A program made the position numbers and the translations under genes. Shown here in pieces: positions 16,499-24,000 of a stretch of 24,000 nucleotides of DNA (positions are counted from its first letter, which is position 1; each line of letters begins with the position of its first letter). A model generated the notes under the pieces. The model ran no database searches. It was not told the DNA's origin and saw only the letters and a program-made list of their open reading frames with translations. This stretch comes from Acetivibrio thermocellus ATCC 27405 (GTDB taxonomy: Bacteria; Bacillota; Clostridia; Acetivibrionales; Acetivibrionaceae), in assembly GCF_000015865.1 (NCBI RefSeq), contig NC_009012.1, positions 1,891,081 through 1,915,080 of the forward strand. The letters run 5' to 3'.

Positions 16499-17341
16499 AT
16501 GGTGGCCACTGTCAACAAAATCATACCTTTCAGCACCGTTGACGGGCCTGGCAACCGTACCGCTATCTTTTTACAGGGCTGCAATATGAACTGTTTGTAT
16601 TGCCATAATCCTGAAACAAGATGCAAATGTATGCACTGTGGGGCATGTGTCAACTCATGCCCCACAGGGGCATTAAGCTTCGAAGATGAAAAAGTTCGTT
16701 ACAACTGTGCCAAATGCGTCCATTGTGACAGCTGCATCAAGGCATGCCCTCATGACAGCAGCCCCAAAACCGTTGATATGACACCGGAACAGGTTTGGCG
16801 AAAGGTGGAAAAGCAAATCCCATTTATCCGCGGTATCACCGTTTCCGGCGGAGAATGCACACTTTACCCGGAGTTTCTGACAGAGCTGTTTATTCTGGCA
16901 CAGGCTCATGGCCTGTCCACCCTGATTGACTCCAATGGAACCCTCGATTTTGAACACTATCCTGATTTGCTGGCCGTTACCGACGGCGTAATGCTTGACA
17001 TAAAAGCATTTGACTGTGAAGAACACAAGCGGGTGACCGGATGGAGCAACCAGGTTGTATTGAAAAATGCACGTTTTCTTGCATCAAAGGGTAAGCTGTT
17101 TGAGGTTCGTACAGTAGTTTCACCAGGCCTTTTCGATGCAGAACAAACCATTACACAAACCAGCGACATGCTCAGTAGCTACTTACCCATTCGCCCCATC
17201 CGATATAAGCTTATATCCTATCGTCCGATGGGGGTTCGCCCGCAATATAAGGAGACTTTGCAAATTCCGACACGTAATCAAATGGAATATTACGCCGGGC
17301 TGCTTGCAGCCAAAGGCTTTAAAGATATTATTATCATTTAA
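16499..17341 (+). CDS. yjjW: YjjW-family glycyl-radical enzyme activating enzyme (radical SAM)
   Basis: 'STVDGPGNRTAIFLQGCNMNCLYCHNPE' is the PflA-type activase N-terminus. A ferredoxin-like insert carries 'CMHCGACVNSCP' and 'CVHCDSCIKACP'. The gene starts 2 nt after the yjjI-like stop. Confidence 0.85.
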   Translation: MVATVNKIIPFSTVDGPGNRTAIFLQGCNMNCLYCHNPETRCKCMHCGACVNSCPTGALSFEDEKVRYNCAKCVHCDSCIKACPHDSSPKTVDMTPEQVWRKVEKQIPFIRGITVSGGECTLYPEFLTELFILAQAHGLSTLIDSNGTLDFEHYPDLLAVTDGVMLDIKAFDCEEHKRVTGWSNQVVLKNARFLASKGKLFEVRTVVSPGLFDAEQTITQTSDMLSSYLPIRPIRYKLISYRPMGVRPQYKETLQIPTRNQMEYYAGLLAAKGFKDIIII

Positions 17342-17402
17342 ATTACAAGCAAATACACTACACAATTCCCGCAAGCCAACATATAAGGAGGGAAAAACGG
17401 AC

Positions 17403-18965
17403 TTGGAAAAAACAAGCCATATTGATCCGAACGTAGTTGCCGTTCAAATGACTGACATCGTCAAAAAGTTCGGTAACTTCGTGGCAAACGATCACATCAA
17501 CCTAACCGTTTACAAAGGCGAAGTTCACGCTATTCTTGGCGAAAACGGCGCCGGAAAAAGTACGCTGATGAACATATTGTACGGACTGTATAAACCGACA
17601 TCCGGTAGCATCTCCATATTCGGTTCTCCTGTGCATATCGAGAGTCCGCGCCATGCCATCGAACTTGGCATCGGCATGGTGCATCAGCACTTCATGCTGG
17701 TGGAACCCTTTACCGTTACCGAAAACATTATTCTCGGCATGGAGCCCACCAAAGGTATGGTGGTGGACATCAAAAAGGCACGCCGGAAAGTGTTGGAACT
17801 GTCCGAGCGCTATGGCATGCATGTGGATCCCGATGCCAAAATCGAAGACATTTCGGTAGGAATGCAGCAGCGTGTTGAAATCCTTAAAGTTCTGTACCGG
17901 GGCGCCAATATCCTTATTCTCGACGAGCCCACCGCCTCGCTGACACCGCAGGAAATCGAGGAACTGATCAACATCATCCACAACCTCACAGCCGACGGCA
18001 AAACCGTGTTGCTAATCACTCATAAGCTGAAGGAAATCAAGGCTTCGGCTGACAGGTGTACCATTATCCGACAGGGCAAATATATCGGCACTGTCGATGT
18101 AGAAGCTGTCAGTGAACACGATCTGGCTTCCATGATGGTAGGCCGCGATGTTCAATTTGTGGTGGACAAGAAGCCCATTGAGCCAGGTGAAGTCATTATT
18201 GACATACAGGACCTGCACGCCAGGGATTACCGCGGCGTGGAAGTGCTTAAGGGTTTAAGCCTTAAAGTGCGCCGTGGTGAAATCGTGGGTTTAGCCGGCG
18301 TAGACGGCAATGGTCAGACCGAGCTGGTGGAGATTTTAACCGGTTTGCGGAAAGGCGAATCCGGAAAAGTCATAATAGGCGGCAAAGATTTGTTCAACGC
18401 CGATGCACGTACACTGTTTGATAATGGCGTATCCAGCATTCCGGCCGACCGGCAAAAGCACGGGCTGATACTGGATTATTCTGTAGCTTACAATCTGGTT
18501 CTGCAAAATTATGAACAACCCCCTTTCTCCAAACGCGGTATTTTAAAGAAAGATGCGATTTACAAGCATGCGGCAGAGCTTGTCGAAAAATTTGACGTCC
18601 GGGGTGCTGACGGCGGCACCAAAGAAGCAGGCAAGCTGTCCGGCGGTAACCAGCAAAAGGTAATCATTGCCCGTGAGGTTACCAATGACAAGGATTTGCT
18701 TATCGCCGTTAATCCGACTCGCGGTTTGGACGTAGGCGCCATCGAGTTTGTTCACCGTTATATTGTGGAGCAGCGCAATAAAAATAAAGCTGTATTGCTG
18801 GTGTCCTTTGAACTGGATGAAATCATGAGCCTTTCCGACAGGATTGAAGTCATTTACAGCGGTAATATCGTAGGCAGTGTGCCAGGCCACGAGGCCGATG
18901 AAAAAGTCCTAGGACTGATGATGGCAGGAGGAACTAAAAATGAAACACAAAAACAACCAGAATAA
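17403..18965 (+). CDS. ABC transporter ATP-binding protein with duplicated ATPase domains (nucleoside/sugar CUT2 type, NupA/RbsA-like)
   Basis: There are two nucleotide-binding domains: 'GENGAGKST'/'ILILDEPT' and 'GVDGNGQTE'/'LSGGNQQK'. The start is assigned to TTG 17403 downstream of AAGGAGGG. The ORF-track start 17136 lies inside yjjW. Confidence 0.88.
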   Translation: MEKTSHIDPNVVAVQMTDIVKKFGNFVANDHINLTVYKGEVHAILGENGAGKSTLMNILYGLYKPTSGSISIFGSPVHIESPRHAIELGIGMVHQHFMLVEPFTVTENIILGMEPTKGMVVDIKKARRKVLELSERYGMHVDPDAKIEDISVGMQQRVEILKVLYRGANILILDEPTASLTPQEIEELINIIHNLTADGKTVLLITHKLKEIKASADRCTIIRQGKYIGTVDVEAVSEHDLASMMVGRDVQFVVDKKPIEPGEVIIDIQDLHARDYRGVEVLKGLSLKVRRGEIVGLAGVDGNGQTELVEILTGLRKGESGKVIIGGKDLFNADARTLFDNGVSSIPADRQKHGLILDYSVAYNLVLQNYEQPPFSKRGILKKDAIYKHAAELVEKFDVRGADGGTKEAGKLSGGNQQKVIIAREVTNDKDLLIAVNPTRGLDVGAIEFVHRYIVEQRNKNKAVLLVSFELDEIMSLSDRIEVIYSGNIVGSVPGHEADEKVLGLMMAGGTKNETQKQPE

Positions 18966-20058
18966 CAAGCCCTCTCAGAATATTTTGAAAATTAAAGCAC
19001 AAAGACTAATTCATCAAAATGCCCTATATACCATTATTGCTATTTTCTTCGGATTTCTGGTCGGCGGCATTTTCCTGTGGGCAGCCGGCTTCAGTCCCAT
19101 TGAAGCATATGCAAAGCTGTTCAGCAGCGTGTTCAGCCGTCCCAAATATCTCATTTGGTCGGTGATCTATGCAACTCCGCTGATATTTACGGGGTTAAGC
19201 GTGGCATTTTCTTACAAAATGGGTGTTTTCAACATCGGCGCCGAAGGGCAGTTTGTTGTAGGCTCACTGGCTGCTCTGTGCGTAGGCATCCTGGTGGACG
19301 CTCCTCCCGGGTTGCACGTGCTGCTATGTATGCTGGCCGCTGTTGCCGCCGGCATGCTGTGGAGCTTTCTGGTGGCAGTGCTGCGCGTCCGGTTCGGTAT
19401 CAATGAAGTTTTGTCCTTCATTATGTTCAACTGGATCGCCTTTTATTTTTCAAATTATGTAGTCAATACTGCAGCTATTCACAAGGTTGGCGGCGGAGAG
19501 GCTTCCAAGGATATTCGCGAATCTGCAAGAATTCTGCTGCCCCAATCGTTGCAGAATATTTTTCAGAGTAATAAAGCCAACTACGGTATTTTCCTGGCAA
19601 TTATTGCGGCAATTGTTATTTGGTTTATCCTGACGAAAACCACTCTTGGCTATAAAGTACAGGCCGTTGGTCTCAATCCTCACGCAGCCAAATACGGCGG
19701 TATTAATTCCAACAAGACGATGTATATTGCCATGAGCCTGTCGGGTGCTCTGGCAGCTTTGGGCGGTGCCGTGCAACTGATGGGTAACTCCATGCGCATC
19801 AGTCAGTTTGCCGGACAGGAAGGCTTCGGCTTCCAGGGAATCACCGTTGCGTTAATCGCAAGCTCTCACCCTATTGGTTGTATTTTTTCAGGGCTGTTTT
19901 ACGGTGCCATGAAATACGGCGGCTCCAAGCTCAATCTAATTGATGCTCCCACAGAAGTCGTTGACATCATTATGGGCACCATCGTGCTCTTTATCGCCAT
20001 ATCACATGTATTCCGCTATTTAATTACAAGACGGCTTAAGAATAAGGAGGACAAATAA
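18940..20058 (+). CDS. ABC transporter permease (BMP/nucleoside system, NupB/YufP-like)
   Basis: This is a polytopic membrane protein of the BPD_transp_2 type ('FNIGAEGQF', 'GINSNKT'). The start lies 8 nt after a GGAGG RBS. Confidence 0.88.
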   Translation: MKHKNNQNNKPSQNILKIKAQRLIHQNALYTIIAIFFGFLVGGIFLWAAGFSPIEAYAKLFSSVFSRPKYLIWSVIYATPLIFTGLSVAFSYKMGVFNIGAEGQFVVGSLAALCVGILVDAPPGLHVLLCMLAAVAAGMLWSFLVAVLRVRFGINEVLSFIMFNWIAFYFSNYVVNTAAIHKVGGGEASKDIRESARILLPQSLQNIFQSNKANYGIFLAIIAAIVIWFILTKTTLGYKVQAVGLNPHAAKYGGINSNKTMYIAMSLSGALAALGGAVQLMGNSMRISQFAGQEGFGFQGITVALIASSHPIGCIFSGLFYGAMKYGGSKLNLIDAPTEVVDIIMGTIVLFIAISHVFRYLITRRLKNKEDK

Positions 20059-20994
20059 ATGGAAGAACTGATTAAAAATCTCGGCTTGGTTATTAACGCC
20101 ACACTGATAGCTACACCTCCTTTGCTTTATGCTGCATTGGGCTCCACTTTTTCGGAACGCAGTGGCGTCGTTAACATTGGTATTGAAGGTATGATGACCA
20201 TCGGTGCTTTTGTAGGCGCGGCAGTGGCTCATTTCACCGGCAATGCCTGGCTGGCCTTTTTATGCGGAGGACTGGTTGGAGCTCTCTTCGGACTGATTCA
20301 TGCCATAGCCTGCGTTTCTTTCGGCGCAGACCAGACCATTTCCGGTACTGCCATAAACTTTTTGGCACCCGGCGTAGCTATCTTCGTATGCAAAGCACTG
20401 TTTGAACAATCCTCAAACACTCCTCCGCTGGACACAGCTCAAAAGCTGCCCAAGCTGTTCAACGGTGTTTTCGAGGTGGGAAGTTTCTGGAATAATGTTC
20501 TTAACACCTACGTTGCTACTTATCTGGCTTTTGTGGCAGTGGCTATCGTATGGTTTATCTTCTACAAGACCAGATTCGGCATGCGTCTTCGTGCCGTAGG
20601 TGAGCATCCCAAGGCTTGTGAAACTCAAGGTATCAATGTATTCCGCATCCGCTACATTGCCGTGATTGCTTCCGGCTTTTTCGCAGGTCTTGGTGGTGCT
20701 TATGTTACCCTGTGCACTGTCAGCCAGTTCCGTCCGGAAGTTATTGTCGGCCAGGGCTTTATCGCCATCGCCGCTGTTATCTTCGGTAAATTCACCCCTC
20801 ACGGAGCCATGGGTGCCTGCCTGCTGTTCGGATTGTGCAACGGCTTAAAGGTTCTTTTGGGTTCAGGCAATGTAATATCGCCCAACCTGATTTCCATGAT
20901 TCCTTACGTTGTAACAATCATTACGCTGGTACTGTTTGTCGGTAAATCCCGCGTACCTGCCGCCAGCGGCAAACCGTATTTAAAACAGAAGTAA
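20059..20994 (+). CDS. ABC transporter permease (BMP/nucleoside system, NupC/YufQ-like)
   Basis: This is the second BPD_transp_2 permease ('NIGIEGMM', 'GINVFRIRY'). Its ATG directly abuts the upstream TAA stop, and an AAGGAGG RBS is present. Confidence 0.88.
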   Translation: MEELIKNLGLVINATLIATPPLLYAALGSTFSERSGVVNIGIEGMMTIGAFVGAAVAHFTGNAWLAFLCGGLVGALFGLIHAIACVSFGADQTISGTAINFLAPGVAIFVCKALFEQSSNTPPLDTAQKLPKLFNGVFEVGSFWNNVLNTYVATYLAFVAVAIVWFIFYKTRFGMRLRAVGEHPKACETQGINVFRIRYIAVIASGFFAGLGGAYVTLCTVSQFRPEVIVGQGFIAIAAVIFGKFTPHGAMGACLLFGLCNGLKVLLGSGNVISPNLISMIPYVVTIITLVLFVGKSRVPAASGKPYLKQK

Positions 20995-21005
20995 ATGGGG
21001 CAGTC

Positions 21006-21050
21006 GGTATTCCGCCGTGCGCTTCTGCCGGCGGAGTATCCTTTTTCCCT
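21006..21050 (+). terminator. Internal intrinsic terminator or attenuator between the permease genes and cdd
   Basis: The stem GGTATTCCGCCG / CGGCGGAGTATC is about 12 bp including G-U pairs, with an 11-nt loop, followed by TTTTTCCCTTTG. No obvious promoter follows before cdd, so it is probably leaky. Confidence 0.5.
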
Positions 21051-21075
21051 TTGTATATAAGAAAGGAGCATATTT

Positions 21076-21492
21076 ATGACACGATCTGAGTTGATTTCCC
21101 ATGCTTTACAAGCACGTAAACAATCCTATTCCCCCTATTCGCATTTTGCGGTAGGTGCAGCACTGCTGTCCAAAGATGGGAGGCTGTATACCGGCTGCAA
21201 CATAGAAAATGCGGCCTATACACCCAGCAACTGCGCTGAACGTACTGCTTTCTTTAAAGCAGTCAGCGAAGGTGTCAGGGAGTTTTCCGCCATTGCCATT
21301 GTTGGTGGTCCGGAAGGAGCGGACACTCTGGCTTTGTGTGCCCCCTGCGGCGTGTGCCGCCAAGTCATGATGGAATTTTGCGATCCAAAAACTTTCGAAG
21401 TAATACTTGCAAAAGACCCTCAGCATTATGAAATTTTCACATTGGAGCAAATCCTCCCCATGGGTTTTGGACCAAAGGATTTGGAAAAATAA
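21076..21492 (+). CDS. cdd: Cytidine deaminase (homotetrameric type)
   Basis: 138 aa. The zinc and catalytic motifs 'CAERTA' and 'PCGVCRQ' are present. Confidence 0.92.
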   Translation: MTRSELISHALQARKQSYSPYSHFAVGAALLSKDGRLYTGCNIENAAYTPSNCAERTAFFKAVSEGVREFSAIAIVGGPEGADTLALCAPCGVCRQVMMEFCDPKTFEVILAKDPQHYEIFTLEQILPMGFGPKDLEK

Positions 21493-21548
21493 CAATAGAA
21501 TATACAATACTTCGGAATATATTAATCGGTAGAAAGGAAGGCAATCTT

Positions 21549-22217
21549 ATGAATACACAAGACATATTATCCCATGTGGATCACACATTACTGTTGCAAA
21601 CTGCTACCTGGCCCGAAATCCAGGCACTTTGTGACGATGCTATCAAGTATCAAACCGCTTCAGTATGCATTCCGCCATGCTATGTGGCCCGCGCAAAAGA
21701 GTATGTAGGCGACCGCATGGTTATCTGTACCGTTATCGGCTTTCCCAATGGCAATATGACTACTGCCGCCAAAGTTTTTGAAACCCAGGACGCCATAGCA
21801 AACGGCGCAGATGAAATCGATATGGTCATCAATATAGGCGCCTTGAAAAACAAAGAATACGACTATGTACTTAAGGAAATTAAAGCCATTAAGCAAGCCT
21901 GCGGTGAACGTATTCTGAAAGTCATCATTGAAACATGCCTGCTTACTGAAGAAGAAAAGATTGTTATGTGCGATTTGGTAACCAGATCCGGGGCAGACTA
22001 TATCAAAACCAGTACGGGATTTTCCACTGCAGGCGCCACCTTTGAGGATATTGAGCTGTTTGCAAAACATGTTGGCCCCAATGTCAAAATTAAGGCAGCG
22101 GGTGGCATTTCCAATTTTAATGATGCCAGGAAATATATAGAGCTCGGTGCTGACCGTCTGGGAACCAGCCGTCTGGTGAAACTCATGAAATCCCAGTCGT
22201 ATGACGGTTTGTATTGA
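21549..22217 (+). CDS. deoC: Deoxyribose-phosphate aldolase
   Basis: 222 aa. 'VDHTLL', '[11 protein letters not shown]', 'IKTSTGF' (Schiff-base lysine) and 'KAAGGI' are present. Confidence 0.92.
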   Translation: MNTQDILSHVDHTLLLQTATWPEIQALCDDAIKYQTASVCIPPCYVARAKEYVGDRMVICTVIGFPNGNMTTAAKVFETQDAIANGADEIDMVINIGALKNKEYDYVLKEIKAIKQACGERILKVIIETCLLTEEEKIVMCDLVTRSGADYIKTSTGFSTAGATFEDIELFAKHVGPNVKIKAAGGISNFNDARKYIELGADRLGTSRLVKLMKSQSYDGLY

Positions 22218-22322
22218 ACTGTTTTATAGTTTCACGTTCCTCTGTTAAGGTAGCACGGCGTTATCGGGAGAAGAGCTAAAGCAAGTTGCGCTGACTGCCG
22301 GAACCAAAGTGCCGGGAAATGC

Positions 22323-22379
22323 TTTGAGAAAGTGAAAGTATTTGAGAAAGAGAAAGTACATTATAAAAGTACATTATAA
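22323..22379. repeat. Two adjacent tandem duplications: TTTGAGAAAG(T/A)GAAAGTA x2, then AAGTACATTATAA x2
   Basis: This is read directly from the sequence. The 18-nt units are at 22323-22340 and 22341-22358 (1 mismatch). The 13-nt units are at 22354-22366 and 22367-22379 (perfect). The region is non-coding. Confidence 0.6.
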
Positions 22380-22392
22380 CAAGGAACCGATT

Positions 22393-22423
22393 AGGAGGTA
22401 GCTGATTATTTCAGCTACCTCCT
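22393..22423. terminator. Perfect 13-bp hairpin (AGGAGGTAGCTGA-TTATT-TCAGCTACCTCCT) between convergent genes
   Basis: This is read directly from the sequence. It lies between the deoC end and the response-regulator end. The flanks are non-canonical: the A-run follows the hairpin on the plus strand and the T-run precedes it on the minus strand. The terminator call is therefore tentative. Confidence 0.5.
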
Positions 22424-22442
22424 GTAAAAAAGTGACTGCCTT

Positions 22443-23222
22443 CTAATCTGTGTTTTCGCTTATGAAACGTGCCGGAGAACAACCGATATATTTTTTGAAT
22501 ACCTTAATAAAATATTTATAATCGGAAAAACCAACCATTTCTGCAATTTCATATATCTTATACTGATTTTCTCTTAACAAATCTACCGCCTTTTGGATAC
22601 GATACCGATTCAGATAATCGTTAAATGTATATCCCGTCTCATTTTTAAATTTTACATTCAGATAAGTACAGGACATTCGGCATTGCTCACTAATATCGGT
22701 AAGAGCCAGCCGTGTATGATAATTGTCATGAATTGTTTGAATCATAAAATCTACATAACGGTTCCCTGTTTTCCTTTCCTTATATTCCAGGATTCCTAAC
22801 TTTTTCTTTTCAGCATCTATCTGACGAATTGCATTCTTTATATTCGTATCGGCATTTCTCTTAGCCTGAATCTTTCGAATGGCTTCATAGAGCTTAGAAT
22901 AATCAATTGGCTTTAACAGGTATTCCGTAACTCCCAGGCTAATACCTCTTCTTGCATATTCAAATTCCCCATAGCCTGACACAATAATAGCATCATACCC
23001 ATATTCCCGTATACTTTTTTCCAGCATTTCAAGCCCGTCCATGACCGGCATGTTAATGTCTGCAATTACAATGTCCGGACGGTACTTTTGAATTTTCTCC
23101 AAACCATCCTGGCCATTTACCGCCTCTCCTACCACAATGCAATCCACTTCATGCCATTTTGGCATAAACATTAATCCTTTTCGCATAATGTCTTCATCTT
23201 CTACAATTAACACCTTATTCAT
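22443..23222 (-). CDS. Two-component response regulator, CheY receiver plus AraC-type HTH (YesN-like)
   Basis: 'VLIVEDEDIMRKGL', 'DIVIADINMPVMDGLE' and the C-terminal AraC HTH 'IAEMVGFSDYKYFIKVFKKYIGCSPARF' are present. ATG 23222 has GGAG 7 nt upstream; ATG 23228 is the alternative. The gene overlaps the kinase stop. Confidence 0.9.
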   Translation of the reverse strand: MNKVLIVEDEDIMRKGLMFMPKWHEVDCIVVGEAVNGQDGLEKIQKYRPDIVIADINMPVMDGLEMLEKSIREYGYDAIIVSGYGEFEYARRGISLGVTEYLLKPIDYSKLYEAIRKIQAKRNADTNIKNAIRQIDAEKKKLGILEYKERKTGNRYVDFMIQTIHDNYHTRLALTDISEQCRMSCTYLNVKFKNETGYTFNDYLNRYRIQKAVDLLRENQYKIYEIAEMVGFSDYKYFIKVFKKYIGCSPARFISENTD

Positions 23223-24000
23223 TATCATCTCCCCTGTTTATTGGAAGAATTATATTTACCACTGTGCCTTTTCCATAGGTACTTTCTATTTTTAATCCAT
23301 ACGGCGGTCCGTATAGCAGTCTGATAACTCTGTGGGAATTATACATTCCTATGTGTTCTTTATATACATCTTCTCTTTCCAAATCCTTAATTAATTCGTT
23401 CAGTATTTCAGGTTCAATCCCTGAACCATTATCCTCAACACTCAGCCTCAAATTTTCATTTTCAACGGAGGCAGTAATGTTTACATTAATAGTTTCAACA
23501 TTTTTCATCCCATGTTTTAATGCATTCTCTACAATTGGTTGGATTACTAATTTGGGAACTTTACATTCCATAAGTTCCTCAGGTATATCAATACTATATG
23601 TCAAACGACGATTATAACGCATCTTTTGCAACATTAAATAATCTTTTACATGTTCTATGTCCGTCTTAAGAGGTACAATGGTATCTCGATAATATATGTT
23701 ATAACGCATTATATTTGCGAAAGCCATTATCATCTCTGAAGCTTTAGCCGGATCAATCATAACCTCATAACGTAAAGTTTCCAGAACATTAAATAAAAAA
23801 TGAGGATTAATTTTTTCTTCCAGTTGTCTGATTTCCATTATTCTTTTTCTCTCCATCAGCTCATTGTTTCTTTTTTGAAGCTCTTCGCGCTGCAACACCA
23901 TTTGCCGGAAAGTATCATTCAATTCCTGAAACTCCTCAAAAACATGCGGACGCAACGAATACTCCATATTCCCTCTTCCCATTTCCAATATAGATTTTCT
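23215..24000 (-). CDS. Sensor histidine kinase, YesM/LytS-type (His_kinase plus HATPase_c), N-terminus outside the window
   Basis: 'QLEEKINPHFLFNVLE' is the phospho-acceptor box of the PF06580 type, and the ATPase region carries 'QPIVENALKHG' and 'VEDNGSGI'. The frame stays open to base 24000, so the gene is truncated by the window edge. Confidence 0.88.
   Translation of the reverse strand, partial: RKSILEMGRGNMEYSLRPHVFEEFQELNDTFRQMVLQREELQKRNNELMERKRIMEIRQLEEKINPHFLFNVLETLRYEVMIDPAKASEMIMAFANIMRYNIYYRDTIVPLKTDIEHVKDYLMLQKMRYNRRLTYSIDIPEELMECKVPKLVIQPIVENALKHGMKNVETINVNITASVENENLRLSVEDNGSGIEPEILNELIKDLEREDVYKEHIGMYNSHRVIRLLYGPPYGLKIESTYGKGTVVNIILPINRGDDNE

Noticed and set aside
17136-17402. 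The N-terminal 89 residues of ORF-track entry 17136..18965
   Set aside because: This stretch overlaps the 3' end of yjjW in another frame and has no ABC-like sequence. A TTG at 17403 behind AAGGAGGG gives a normal-length ATPase of about 520 aa.
17502-18890. Several minus-strand ORFs of 60-159 aa
   Set aside because: All are nested antisense within the dual-domain ABC ATPase gene, and none has a start context.

Overview
The window looks like a Clostridia-type Firmicute chromosome: GGAGG ribosome-binding sites, sigma-A consensus promoters, lipoprotein ABC binding proteins and a YesM/YesN-type two-component system. I saw no rRNA, tRNA, CRISPR array or mobile element.

Layout from left to right:
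1. 1-1128: the tail of a MacB/FtsX-type ABC exporter (permease plus ATPase).
2. 1156-11376: a co-directional block of about 10 kb that opens with a near-consensus promoter and closes with an intrinsic terminator. It encodes an SSAT-type GNAT acetyltransferase, NifD-like and NifK-like subunits, a stand-alone NifX-type domain protein, a NifB-type radical SAM enzyme, O-acetylhomoserine sulfhydrylase (MetY), a NitT/TauT-type ABC importer (lipoprotein, permease, ATPase) and a near-canonical NifH. This is not a nitrogen-fixation cluster. It reads as a nitrogenase-like reductase built into a sulfur-salvage operon, related to methylthio-alkane reductase MarBHDK, with an unknown imported substrate.
3. 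11574-12648 (minus strand): an orphan gene of unknown function with its own consensus promoter and terminator.
4. 13037-22217: a nucleoside uptake and catabolism operon (deoD, BMP-family lipoprotein, dual ATPase, two permeases, cdd, deoC). A short YjjI-type glycyl-radical enzyme and its YjjW-type activase sit between the binding-protein gene and the ATPase gene.
5. 22443-24000 (minus strand): an AraC-type response regulator and a truncated YesM-type histidine kinase.

The two leads most worth following are the Nif-like/MetY/ABC sulfur operon and the YjjI/YjjW pair embedded in the deo/ABC operon. All family assignments come from reading motifs by eye; no searches were run.
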